From: Flaccisagitta enflata
Lineage: Eukaryota
NCBI GenBank assembly: GCA_965153355.1
Contig: OZ231126.1
Span: 23,188,001-23,252,000, forward strand
Reading direction: 5' to 3'
Length of the DNA stretch: 64,000 bases
The notes beneath the pieces were generated by a model, which did no database searches, was not told the DNA's origin, and worked only from the letters and a program-made list of their open reading frames with translations. Shown here in pieces: positions 1-15,200 of the stretch. Made by a program: the position numbers and the translations under genes. Each line of letters begins with the position of its first letter. Within the stretch, counting starts at the first letter, position 1.

Positions 1-94
1 CATAGGAAGGCGGTTGAAACTTGTGTAATTGATTATGACTCATTTCGCACCTCTCTTTAATCGAACCATTTAAATCATTTCATATATAAGTGGA

Positions 95-190
95 AAGAGA
101 GAGAGATTGAAAGGAGGAAAGGAAGAGACTGAGAAAGAAAGAATGAGAGAACGAAAAAAGACGGGGAAAAAGAACAAATGTAAGAAAAGA

Positions 191-221
<31 letters not shown>

Positions 222-228
222 AAATGAC

Positions 229-293
<65 letters not shown>

Positions 294-351
294 GAAAGAA
301 AGAATGAGAGAACGACAAAAGATGGGAAAAAAGAACAAATGTTAGAAAGGA

Positions 352-408
<57 letters not shown>

Positions 409-420
409 GAGAAAAAATGA

Positions 421-516
<96 letters not shown>

Positions 517-528
517 AAAAAAGAAAAA

Positions 529-596
<68 letters not shown>

Positions 597-680
597 AAAA
601 AAAAACAGAAAGAAAGAAACGAAACAAACAAACAAAAACAAACAAATACAAGAACAAAAAACAAAAGCAAGAAAAAAAAT
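95..680. repeat. (GAAA)n microsatellite with a short internal duplication (140-181 vs 301-342)
   Basis: Read directly. Confidence 0.97.
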
Positions 681-774
681 GACGTCGCTGATCTACCATC
701 TCTATAAGTTGAAGTCATTAACAAGTGATGACGTCAGCATCCTTGCAAAGGGTCAGTCGCAGAATAAGTCGATA

Positions 775-1227
<453 letters not shown>

Positions 1228-1366
1228 GATGCAAGCTCCATGACTGTCTGTTGCGTTGTTGAAACTGGGCGACGGTCGGGCCGGGCGGGACTCTCGTTAC
1301 TGCAACGATTCTTTTTACGACAATAAACGCGGGGCAAAGAGAAAAAGAGGCGGCCCCTTTCCGAGG

Positions 1367-1498
<132 letters not shown>

Positions 1499-1761
1499 GT
1501 AAAAGAGGATCAGAGAAACCAGTAATGATAATAGTAAAATGTCGAGTAATGATAATAATAAAACGATAATAGAAAAAGATGCGAAAGGCCTAAAGGTACG
1601 AGACGGAGGCTTGATTTTAGGCGTGAGCCGGTCGACGTGCATGCATCGCATCATTTTTGTATTCCATGCGTCTTATGGAATCCTCCGTGATGGTTTTGCC
1701 TGAGAAAAGAGGATGAACGAGACAACGCGTAACGCATTGATGGCCAAGACGTGTTCGCCGA

Positions 1762-1792
1762 TAACAACAACAACAACAACAACAACAACAGC

Positions 1793-1833
<41 letters not shown>

Positions 1834-1996
1834 AAACGACAGCAAGGACAACGGACAACAACAACATCGCATCAACAACAGCAAAAACATCGACAACAAC
1901 AGCAACAACAGCAGCAACATGCAACAACAACAGCAACAACAACAGCAACAGCAAACAACAGCAGCGACAACAACAACAACGACGAGGACGACGACG

Positions 1997-2032
<36 letters not shown>

Positions 2033-2179
2033 TCAGCACGGCGGCGACGACGGCGTCGCACGGCGACGCGACGGCAACCAGCGACAGCAGCAACAACAAC
2101 AGCTCAACAACAGCAGCAACAACAGCAACAACACAACAACAACAACATCAACAAAACAACAACCAACAACAAGCAACAA

Positions 2180-2213
<34 letters not shown>

Positions 2214-2218
2214 AACAA

Positions 2219-2256
<38 letters not shown>

Positions 2257-2448
2257 GCAACAACAACAGCAACAACAACAACAACAGCCAACACAACAAA
2301 AACGACGGGCGAGGACAACGGGACAACAACAACATCTAACCACAGCAACAAAAACATCGATAACAAAACAACAACAACAACAACAACAACAGCAACAACA
2401 GCAACAACAAACGACGGCGACGGCGACAACGACGACGACGACAACAAC
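1762..2448. repeat. Compound (AAC)n/(AGC)n/(GAC)n microsatellite
   Basis: Read directly. Confidence 0.95.
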
Positions 2449-2789
2449 GGTAAATGTGAAACTTGAAACAACGAGAGCGTTTGTCACGGGCCACTGCGCT
2501 GAGAGTCACCCCCAATGAAATGTCGAAAGTCAACTTTGCGAGGCCCGAAGAGCAATAAACTAATAAAGTTTGACTGACTGCCAAGCCAAAAGGTAATATC
2601 TGTCCAACTCTTTTCCCTGCCTGTCTCTTCGGGTGGCGAACAAAAGCTAGTTTAGTAATACAACCCACCGGGTAATTTGTGCGATTGGGCAGGGGCAGTG
2701 ATAGAAAAGGTCAGTCGAGCATTTGCGCAGGAGTAGTGAGCTAAAAAAACCTAAAAAACGCCGAATGATTTTAATGGCGATTGACCAAC

Positions 2790-3158
2790 CAAATGACGGA
2801 AGGACGGACGGACGGAAGGAGAAAGCGGGGTGTACAGTCACGTAGCATGCGACTAACCAGTAACGCGGGATTACAATATTGTCGCGAACAAGTGGGCAGG
2901 GGCGTCCAACCAACCCGAACCTCCACACATAGTTTCACCTAGAGTGCTCGTTTTTTTCCCTTTTCGACTCAATCGTTGCGCACCACCGGACGGACGAACA
3001 GACGGACAAAGCCTCTTGTAGAATCGCAAGTTCGCGACCGAAATTTGAGACTTAACCACGGGGTTGCTTGGGGTTGCTCGGGGTTGCTTGGGGTTGCTTG
3101 TGGTCGTCTGAAGATTATTGTTATTGTTTGTCATGATGTTTGTACGTATTGTAGTACT

Positions 3159-3194
<36 letters not shown>

Positions 3195-3500
3195 ACAGCA
3201 CGCCAGAGCAACTCCGAGAAATCCCAGGTAACCCCGAGTAACCAGGAGCACCCCTGAGCCGACTCGAGCACCTCGGGGTTTAATCTCATCGCGATTACCC
3301 AGTGCAACCTTGTAACAAAGACAACCTAAACAAGTGACGTGGAGTCACACTATCGTAGCGGAAGGGTGGGCAGGGGCATCAAACCCCGATCCACACCCTA
3401 ACTCACACCCCACACAAAATCATACTCGTTTTTTCACTTTTCGACTCGATCATTACGGACCGACGGACGGATTAAGCCTCTTGCGTGTCACCAACTAAAA
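2790..3500 (-). mobile_element. Degenerate HINE-like fragments (about 2790-2857, 2860-3044 and 3329-3500)
   Basis: GACG-type microsatellite, gggtgggcagggg motif and ...gcgactaa/caactaaaa ends matching the fuller copy at 52567-52802. Confidence 0.7.
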
Positions 3501-3529
3501 ATCATCCAAGCAAAACCAACAACAACAGC

Positions 3530-3617
<88 letters not shown>

Positions 3618-3982
3618 CTTACCTGATTAATTGAGGTCAAAACAAATGTCATTTGAGGGAAACTCAATACCAATAATTTAGCAAAACCTATAGGCAGATA
3701 TCCTGCCGATAATATATGAAAAGAAATCGTTTGAGGAATCCTATTGTTTCAGTTGCAGGCGAAAATCTTTCATTATTGGGTCCCTAATATTGAAATGAAA
3801 CTTTTGTAAGTTTTGACTGTGGACGAAGCACAAATAGGTCCATCAGACCATCTACGTCGGTCCGTCTCTTGGTTAATTTTTTTCCATAGCTTCTACATAA
3901 GCATTTTCGCATCACCGTTCCTGGCCAATAACAAAAATCTCACGCCTGCCCGTTCATCGGGCTCGCTCAGATGATAAGAGCA

Positions 3983-4555
3983 AACCAGTCGCCCAAGGGC
4001 AATATGTGGTCAGCGATACCCGTTGCCCTGCTTTGTAGGTTTGTGATTGTAGGTGATGGGTAGCAGGGCAGCGGCCCCGAAGGGGACAATGTCCTGTAGA
4101 ACACAGGGGGACTTTCGTTCCTTCATTCGTCCGTCCGTCCGTGTGCAGATTTGAGTCCCGAGGCTGGGATTTGAGCGTTGAGGCTGGGATTTGAGCCTCG
4201 AGGCTGGGATTTGAGCCTCGAAGCTGGGATTTGAGCCTCGAGGCAGGGATTTGAGCCTCGAGGCTGGGATTTGAGCCTCAAGGTTGGGATTTGAGCCTCG
4301 AGGCTGGGATTTGAGTCTCGAGGCTGAGATTTGAGTGTCAAGGCTGGGATTTGAGTGTCGAGGCTGGGATTTGAGCCTTGAGGCTGGGATTTGAGCCTCG
4401 AGGCTGGGATTTGAGCCTCGAGGCTGGCTTTTGAGACTCGAGGCTGGGATTTGAGACTTGAGGTTGGGATTTGAGCCTCGAGACTGGGATTTGAGCCTCA
4501 AGGCTGGGATTTCAGCCTTGAAGCTGAGATTTGAGCCTCAAGGCGGGGGGGGGGA
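3983..4555 (-). mobile_element. HINE-G family element (GGGCAGCGGCCCC terminus family) with internal 20-bp tandem array TTGAGCCTCGAGGCTGGGAT (~4150-4543)
   Basis: Has the ggtcagcgatacccgttgccc end motif, the subterminal repeat gggcagcggccccgaaggggac...gtcctgtagaacacagg, a GTCC microsatellite and about 19 units of the 20-mer. Confidence 0.85.
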
Positions 4556-5384
4556 CGCACGCACGCATTAATTCCGTTCTTTTTTTTTATATCTGAATTC
4601 CGTCTGTCCATCAGTAAGTCCATCAGTACGAAACATTTTCCAATATCCGTTATTATTTGAATTAGCTTTATTTTTGTCTTTTTTATGGGTTTGAGTTGTG
4701 CATCAGTGAGTGTGAGTATTTTTTTGTGTATAAATGCTCCTGCCTAACCGACCGCAACATTTGCCCTATGAAGTGCTTGTTAACGTACACCAAAACATGT
4801 CGACGGACACAGACACCTACTCAATCACATGATCAACCACTCATTAACGAACTCTTTTCTTTTGGTATTTGGCTACGTTTTCGACATATTTTAATTGAGC
4901 ATGGTTACAAATCAATTTACGACATTTTCTCAGGGGTGTATATAATTGAGCGGCTTTTTATTTTATTCCCCCCTGCCCTTGATTTTTTTCCCCCAACGCA
5001 TTGCGTCGCATAACAAAATCTATGATTTTCTTCCTCACAAAGCAATAAAACAGTTTATTCATAGGTTTAAATGATATGAAATTGTGTTGTAGTAATCAAA
5101 TTTTACCTTTTGGTACTACAAAAAGTGTTAAATCTTCAAAAATTGTGTTTTTTCCTTTTTTTCAAGCTTTTGATTTTTTCCCCATCTCCAAACCCTTTGA
5201 TTTTATCCACCCCCATAGAATTCACCTGCTGAATGATTGTGTTAGTACGAAATCTAGTTGGGCAGGATTTAATATTTTTTCAAATTTTATTGAAATTCCT
5301 AGTCTAAAACTTAAAAGTAGAAAACAGCACTCATCTATATAAACACTGCTTTCGTATACCGATACTTACTAACTGTTTTTTCTC

Positions 5385-6962
<1,578 letters not shown>

Positions 6963-7359
6963 TTTGTTTCAAATTCAGCCTCTGCAATTGAATGTTTGAG
7001 ACCTTGACGGCACAGTTATACTTTTGTACACTCATTCAATTTTATTAGAGCGTCGTTTTTTGAGCAAGCTTTCCAGGTTCTTAATGTTTTACTATCTTTA
7101 ACGTTTAAATGTTTATTAAACATTTTTAATCTATATCTTTGGTAAATGTACTTTACAAAGAGCAATATTATTAAAGAAAATTATGTATCAGTTTATCTAT
7201 CAGTATATGTATCAATATATATATATTGAAACTGATAATGTAGTAAATTGATAGATACAGTGAATGAATATCATTGTCGATTAAATATCATAAAACAAAA
7301 ATCAATATATATTTTTTCTAAACCTGCCAATGTTTTTAGTATTTTCTTCAATTTTTAAT

Positions 7360-8088
7360 ATGACCTATGCTTTCACATATATGGGAAATTTTTTTCTCCA
7401 TCTCTTCCTCCTCCTCCCCCTCCTCCTCCTCCTCCTCCTCCTCCTCCTCCTCTTTCTTCTCCTTCTTCTCTGTCCCCCCCTCAAATTTCAGTCTTGAGGC
7501 CCAAATTCCAGTCTTGAGGCCCAAATCCCAATCTCGAAGCCCAAATTCCAGCCTGGGGGCCCAAATCCTAGCCTCAAGGCCCAAATTCTAGCCTGGAGGC
7601 CTAAACCGTAGCCAGGAGGCCCAAATCCCAGCCTTGAGGAATTTATGATCAATATGAATGATCGTTACGAATTTTATCAAACGGATTTGTTACAGATTAC
7701 GTTAGCAACGAGTTTTATTTTATCTCTACGAATTTTTTACTTCTGTATTTTACGTTAATGAATTTTTTACTTAAAGGACCTCATTGGAAACAAGTCTTTG
7801 ACTTTTATGGGCCATCCTTTCGAGGCGGGCTTTTACAATTTTTCCTCAATTGTAATTTGTTCCCCTGTTTCGATAAATGAATTCATTCATTCATTCATTC
7901 AAGGCCCAAATCTCAACCTTGCGGTCCAAATCCCAGGAGGAGAAGGAGGAGAAAATTCCCCATATATGTGAAAGCATGGGTCATCAACCCCTTTAGGACT
8001 GCTGCCCTGCTTCCCTACAACTTCAAGCAAAACCTACTTTCGCAGAGCATGGGTACCGCTGACCATCTCATGCTTTTGAGACAGTTAT
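7360..8088 (+). mobile_element. Degenerate HINE-G element with (TCC)n tract and 20-bp core repeats, interrupted by an insertion at ~7640-7900
   Basis: tgacctatgctttcacatatatggg at ~7361 is inverted at ~7958-7985; 3' motif gggtaccgctgaccatct at ~8051. Confidence 0.7.
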
Positions 8089-8749
8089 AAAATGAAATGA
8101 ATGTATTCCGATCCCATTTGGCCACTCCCAAGTCTCAAGATATGATCGTCATTTATTATCATGAATGAGTGAAATCAAACAAGAGTGCATACACTTTTAT
8201 CTTTTATGTTCTTGTAAACGAGGTTCTTATAAAAGATAAAATGTACGCGACGACAAAATGTACGGTGAACTCTTGGCTCAAATAGGGAAAGCCCGAAAGT
8301 CATATACAGTGCGTACACCTAAATTTTTAATGATCCGTTCTTATATCGATGAACAAGGTTGGAAGATTCTAAAAGGCTGAAACTATGGACACTGAGATTC
8401 TGAGCTGAGAATGGTCAGTGGCTGTAGCAATACAGAGAGCAAAAGTTTTGAGCACCCAAACGAGAGACTTTTGTTTCATCATTGATAAAACTGGCTCTAA
8501 AGGAACGTCTAGCGGCCTCTTAGGCTCCTTGCGTGTTTGTGACTTTACAAATAACAAAAGAACAAAAATCGCTAGTTTCCCATGGTGGCTCCCTCTATAT
8601 CCATCTTAGGTCAAATTTTCGACTGAGGCATTTACAGTTGAACCCCGTGATTATGGATATCATATGATCAATAAATTTTCAGTTGCATGTTACACCACTC
8701 TACACTTCGCTTTGTCCATCTATTGGTCAATTAGTTCCTTACATGTTCC

Positions 8750-9868
8750 TTTTTTAGTCGCGTGCACGTGACTCTATGACCAACTCTGTCCGTCGGTCTG
8801 TCGGTCTGTCGGAGACGCTTAGCTTTTTTTTGCTGTTTTACATCTTTTTTAGTCATTTTAAGTCATTTTAAGTCATTTTAAGTCCTTCTAAGTCATTCTA
8901 AGTCATTGCAAGTCATTCCAAGTCATTCTAAGTCATATTAAGTCATATTTTTGCGGTTGCAGTTTTTGTCATTTTTTGTCATTTTACATCATTTTAAGTC
9001 ATTTTAGATCATTTTAGGTCATTTCAAGTCAGTATTAGTCATTTCAAGTCAGTATTAGTCATTCTGAGTCACTATAAGTCATTCTGAGTCACTATAAGTC
9101 AGTCCAAGTCCATAACACTTAGCTTTTTTCACCGTTTTATGTCATTTTAAATCATTTAAAGTCATTTTTAGTAATTCTAAGTCACTTTGTCATTTTTATT
9201 TTTGAAATAGCAGTTTTTAACTTTTTTTGGCATTTTACATCATTTTAGGTCATTTTAAGTCATTCTTAGTCATTCTGAGTCACTATAGGTCATTCTGAGT
9301 TACTTTAAGTCATTCCAAGTCCGTAACGCTTAGCTGTTTTTCACCATTTTACATCGTAAGTCTGGTGTAGATCTGGTTTAAGTTTGGTTAAGGTCTGGTT
9401 TAAGTCTGGTTCAAGTTTGGTTTAAGTCTGGTTCAAGTCTGGTTCAAGTCTGGTTTAAGTCTGGTTTAAGTCTGGTTTGAGTCTGGTTTGAGTCTGGTTT
9501 AAGTCTGGTTTGAGTCTGGTTTGAGTCTGGTTTGAGTCTGGTTTGAGTCTGGTTTGAGTCTGGTTTGAGTTGGTTTGAGTCTGGTTTGAGTCTGGTTTTG
9601 GTCTGGTTTGAGTCTGGTTTGAGTCTGGTTTGAGTCTGGTTTGAGTCTGGTTTGAGTCTGGTTTGAGTCTGGTCTGAATCTGGTTTGAGTCTGGTTTAAG
9701 TCTGGTTTGAGTCTGGTTTAAGTCTTGTTTAAGTCTGGTTTAAGTCTGGTTTGAGTCTGGTTTAAGTCTGTTTATAGTCTGGATTAAGTTGATAAAGTGA
9801 TACAATAAGGAGTCGGGTCAATTCAGTTATCTTTGTCTCGCAAGCAACTTATAGGTGTTGGCCTTGTT
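8750..9868 (+). mobile_element. HINE-C family element with 10-bp (AAGTCATTYT) and 11-bp (GAGTCTGGTTT) internal arrays, nested in an older HINE-A copy (~8677-10500)
   Basis: 5' tttttagtcgcgtgcacgtgactct hairpin, GTCY microsatellite, 3' gcaagcaacttataggtgttggccttgtt. Confidence 0.85.
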
Positions 9869-9917
9869 GTTTGTTTTTGCAGTCTTTTGCCACACTGCTC
9901 CCACCCAAATATAGATA

Positions 9918-10440
9918 CACTAGAGCATCGCTAGAGCGCACCTGCTAATAAAGCATGCCCGCCTATAAAACATCTTACTTACCATCCCTTGAAAAATTTT
10001 GTAATCATGGGTGTACGGGGAGGGACGTCAGGGACGTCGGCCGACGTCCCTGTTTGTCGGACTTACACCCCTGTCGGACTTAAGCCCATGTAAAAAATGA
10101 AGGCAAAAAATGAAAAATAATGAAAAAAAAAGTAAAACAGGATGTGAATGGCATACTTTGGGGGATAATGAGAGAGAATATGTGTCTCTCTATCAAATTT
10201 AGCTGTCATTTCTTACAAGAGAATGTAATTTCAAATTGGAAAAGACTGAATTTGTTATGAACCTTGTTGGTCTTGAAGCTCTGTTGGACTTAAAACTGTT
10301 TGCCGACGGCCCTCTAAGATTTCGCGCCATACACTTATGTTTGTAATCATTTCTATATTGGCAATAAAGCAGCTTCACTATGAGGCATAATTTGGCCCAA
10401 TCCCTTGGCAGTTGGCATGCGCTCTAGTGAAGCTCAACTG
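9918..10440. mobile_element. Tc1/mariner-type MITE flanked by TA; a second copy lies at 49158-49331 in the opposite orientation
   Basis: TIRs cactagagcatcgctagagcgca / tgcgctctagtgaagctcaactg, with TA on both sides. Confidence 0.75.
10006..10339. mobile_element. hAT-type MITE (334 bp) with 8-bp TSD TTTGTAAT
   Basis: Termini CATGGGTGTA...TACACTTATG; identical TTTGTAAT at 9998-10005 and 10340-10347. Confidence 0.9.
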
Positions 10441-12211
10441 TATTCAGGTGACGTCAAATACAGACCCTGCTCAACCGCCCACTGTGTACCTGGCCTTGTT
10501 TAGTTTACGGACAGATATCTGTCATTGCCAAGATGGAAAATAAAAAAAAGAAAACATGAAAATATCAAAACAGTTGAATCTCTCTCTAACAGTTTTCAGG
10601 GGACAAAAAAGTCTTATCTGTTATAGGTGGAATTACGTTAAAGCCGACAAAGGAAATGGGAGGATTCAAATTGAAGGAACTGTGGTTTTGCATCTATTGC
10701 ACTACTTAGGAAATAAGTATATCTTCACTTAAAAAGAAGCACTCACTTTAAAGTAATCAGCGGAACCCGATGTCCTCTTTATATTGGAGTGATCAAGTGA
10801 AGCAGTGGAGTGAGAGGGCAGCGGCTCCAAAGGAATGATGTCCTGTAGGACACAGGGATGAATTTCCAGTCGTCCAGAAGAGGAATATGTCATGAAGAAG
10901 GATTTGAGGTCTGGAGGGCAAAATGAAAAAAAAAGCCTTAAGAATGATAGATATTTTTTCAAGAATAAACAAATGCAGTTGAAACTAGCAATTTTTTTAC
11001 GGTTATCACTATTTACGCAATTTGGTTTCAATGTAAAGTAAAAGTAAAATTCATTTCAGCAATGACAGTACAAGCGCAGAATCAAGTACCTTAAGGCTAG
11101 CTGGGGATAGCTCAACAAAGTGGTTCGTGGACTACTTATTTCCATTGAGGTCCCATATATACTTGTGTAAACCTAAAAGACATAAACTTGTACAGTTAAA
11201 AACTAAAAAGACATTGAAAACCCATACAGTTAAAAGATTATCGAGAAAGAGCTAATCTTCATCTTCATTCGTTCGAGAATGAGCTAATCTTCATCTTCAT
11301 TCATTCTTGAATTGCCAGGCAGACATAGCAAATTTTGGAGCTTTAATACATACCTGTATGTAAGTTTATGTATGCGTGTGTGTATGTGTCTTTGTATGTT
11401 TTAATGGGTTTGTGTGTCACTGTGTGTGCCTATGTGAGTATGTATTAATAGTTGTGTGTGTCTGTGTTTCTGCGTGTATTAGGTTGAAAACCCATCCACA
11501 ATATTGTTACCTCGCCATACTATCTTTGCAAAACTAATCTTTACTCATGTTTTAACCAATATCTCTGGATATACTAGCCCAATCATAAAAAATATTGACC
11601 AATTGAAAGCCCTTCAAATCTGCGAGCGATCTACTACTCGACGCAATAAAAAAGCCGCACTTTTAAAAGGCAATTTGTCATATTGAATTTTAAAATAACT
11701 TATAAAAATCTTTGACCAAAAGAAAGCTCTTAAGAAGATCTTTTATTTGGCTCCAATATGGCAATTCTAGCTTTATTAGTTTAAAAATGGCGTAAGAATG
11801 AGTAGAAACATTGTCGTTAACAATTTGCAATCCCATTGAAAAATAAGCATTTTTACAAATTAGCTCCCTAACCATTTGAGATACAGATCTGGGGGTCGCT
11901 TAGATTGAAAATAATCTTTAAATGAAAATAATCTTTAAAATCACTTCAACAGAAAAAATATTCAAATGATTTCTTTTTCTTATTCATTAACTCAAAATAG
12001 GGTGGCGCTTTTTTTTTTTTTTTGAGTCGAGTAGTACACAACCCGCATCTCTCTGACTCAATGCGTTCCAAGTTGTCTAACATTGAATGAAACATATCAA
12101 TTTCGCTACCCCAGAATGCCTCGGCCGTGATTCAGTCAAAGGGGCCTCGCACTAAATACTGATATCAATAAATGAACTTGTTTTCAATGAGTAAAGATTT
12201 TATTTGCGAAG

Positions 12212-15200
12212 ATAGTACTTATTTGTTGCGTGCTACAAGACTCTACGCCCCACTTTGTTGGTCCGTTGGTTGGTAAGTCGGTTGGTCCCTGAAGGCACCG
12301 ATGAGCTGTGCTTTCACACGGGGGAGATTTTCCTTGTTTTCCGCCTCCTTCTTCTCCTTTTCCGTACGTGCCCCCCCCCTTTAGGCTTGAATCCCAGTCT
12401 TGGGGCAAAATTCATGACTCCAAGCTCAGATGCAAGCCTTGTGGCTCAAATCCAAGCCTTGAAGCTCAATTCCAGCCTCCAGGCTCAGATCTAAGCCTGC
12501 AGGCTAAGATCCCATTCTAGATGCTCTCCCGCAAGCCTCAATGCTCATATCAAAGCCAAGTATAGGACATCGGCCTCTTTGGGGCCGCTGCCCTCCGCAC
12601 TACCACATCCTAACAAACACTTACTTAAGGGCAACAGTACTGCTGACCATCTGACGCTTTTGCGACTATTTACTTTATGTAATTGCGGTCTTTTGCCTCA
12701 CTGCTCCTGCTCATATGGTCAAGTGACCTCGACTACAGCCCCAGCCCACCCCAAAGCGAAGGGTAGTCGTGTATCCGGCCTTGTTAAATAGATAAGTGCG
12801 CTTGGTTAATGATCATAGCTGAATTCAGAATTCGGCCAACACCAAAAAGTCTGAATAGATTTATTTTCTTTAGTCGCGTGCTACGCAACTCTACACCCTA
12901 CTATGTCGGTCGGTCGGTCAGTCCCTTTTTGGGCAGCGGCCCTGAAGGGGCCGATGACCTATGCTATCACACAAAGGAGAAATTTTTCCTTCTTCTTCTC
13001 CGTCCATCCCCCCCCCTCTCCCAGGCTGAAATCCCAACCTAGAGGCTCAAATCTCAGCCTAGTGACTCAAATCACAGCCTTGAGGCTCAAATCCTAGCCT
13101 TGAGGCACAAAACCCAGTCTCAAGGCTCAAATCTCAGCTTCAAGGCTAAAACTCTAGCCCTGAGGCTCAAATCCCAGCCTAAAGGCTCAAATACCAGGCT
13201 TGAGGCTCAAATCCCAGCCTTTAGGCTCAAATCCCAGACTCAAGGCTAAAATTCCAGCCTCAACGCTTAAATTCCAGCATCGAGCCTCAAAACTTGTTAA
13301 GCATAGGTCATTGGCCCCTTTGGGACCGCTGCCCCTCTCACCATCACACATCCACATACACTCAAGTAGGGGCAACGGGTGACGCTGACCATCTAACGCT
13401 TTGCGACTGTTTACTTTTTTGGCGTTTTTTAGCTTTTTGGGCAGCGGCCCCAAAGGAAATAAAGTCCTGTAGATCACAGGGGAATCCATCCTTCTGTACG
13501 TCCATCCATCCTTCTGTCCTTTCCCCCCACCCCATTCTCAGGGCTTTGTCTCCTTTGGGGCCTATTCTGACCCAAATTCTGCCAAATAGCCCACTTCTTT
13601 TTCCTCTTCTCCTCCTTCTCGGTCCACCCCCTTGACCCTCAAATCTAGCATTTAAGCCAAAAACCCAGCCTCGAGGCTCAAATTCCAGCCTCAAGGCTCA
13701 ATTTCCAACCAGGAGGCTCATATTCCAGCTTCAAGCCTCAAATTCCAGCCTCAAAGCTTAAAATCCAGCCTCAAGGCTCAGAATTGAGCCTCATAGCCCA
13801 GAATCCAGCATTGAAGCTAAATATCCAGCCACATGACCCCAATTTAAGCCTCCAAGCTTGAATTGCAGCCTTTAAGGCCCAATTCTTAACCTCAAGGCCC
13901 AAATTGCAGCCTTGAGACCCAAATCCTAACCTTTAAGCTGAAACCCCATCTTCCAGCCTTAAAGCACAAATCCTGGTCCAAGGTTCATTTCTCAGCTTCC
14001 AGGCCCAAATCCCAACAGCATAGGTCATCGGCCCCTTTGGGGCCACTGCCCCTCTCACTATTACACATCCACACACTTGCAGGGGCAAAGGGTACCACTG
14101 ACCATCTAACGCTTTTGCGACTATTTGACCTATATTATGGCCTCTGTTACCTAAACTCTGACCATATCTGGGCCATTTTGCTTGGACTTGGGCCATTATG
14201 CTTGGATTTGGACCATTTTGCTTAGGTTTGGGCCATATTGCTTAGATTTAGGCTATTTGGCAGAATTTGGGTCAGAAAAGGCCTCAAAGGAGACAAAATC
14301 CTGAGGATGGGGTGGGGGGGACGAACGCACAGACGGACGGACGTACGGATAGATGGACAGACGGACAGATTCCCCTTGTGTTCTACAGGACTTTGTCCCC
14401 TTCGGGGCTGCTCCCCTGCTCCCCCTCAACTTGAATAACATACTCCACAAGCAGGGCACGGGTACCGCTGACCACTTACTGCCTTTGGGCTGCTATTGAA
14501 CCTACTGCTCCTACCCGAATACTCTCGTGACCTTCTCCAGCACTGCTCCTGCCCACCCGCACGCTACTGAGGTAGCCGTGTATCCAGCCTTTTTGGGCAG
14601 CGGTCCCAAAGTCCTGTAGAACACCGGGGACTTTTGTTTGTTTGTCCATTTGTTCATTTGTTCGTTTGTCCCCTCCCCCCAGGCCCTCTCAGGCCTGAAA
14701 TCGGTCCTCTCAGGGTCAAAATCTACCCTCTCAGGCCTGAAATCTGGCCCCAGGCTTTGAATCTGCCTTCTCAGGCCTTGAATCTGCTATCTCTGGCCTA
14801 AAATCTGCCCTCTTAGACCTGAAATCTGCCCTCTCAGGCCTTGAATCTGCCTTTTGGGCAGCGGCCCCGAAGGGGGCAAAGTCCTGTAGAACACAGGGGG
14901 ACTTTCGTTTGTCCGTTCTTTCGTTCGTTCTTTCGTCCGTTCTTCCCCCCCCTCATCAGGCCCCTCAGACCTCAAACTTGGCTTCTGAGACCTCAAATCT
15001 GGCCTCTCAGGCCTCAAATTCAGCCTCTTAGGCCTCCAATCCAGCCTCTCAGGCCTCAGATCAAACCTCTCAGGCCTCAAAACTGGCTCCTCAGGCTGCA
15101 ATTTAGGCTTCTCAGGCCTCAATTCCAAATTCTAGGGCCTCAAACCTGGCCTCTCAGGCCCCAAATTAGACCTCTCAGGCCTCATAACAGCTATCTCAGC

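Noticed and set aside
4010-4501. Repeat-protein ORF (also 14787-15212, 15870-16181, 50895-51895 and 56722-57247)
   Set aside because: Produced by 20- or 21-bp tandem arrays inside non-autonomous elements; no splice or domain support.
4931-5231. Intact hAT MITE (CAGGGGTGTA start; related end at ~23100-23110)
   Set aside because: Right end is degenerate and no TSD is detectable, so boundaries cannot be supported.
8330-8610. Possible exons in unique sequence (also 18990-19130 and 19850-20200)
   Set aside because: No frame gave a recognisable protein together with consistent splice sites.
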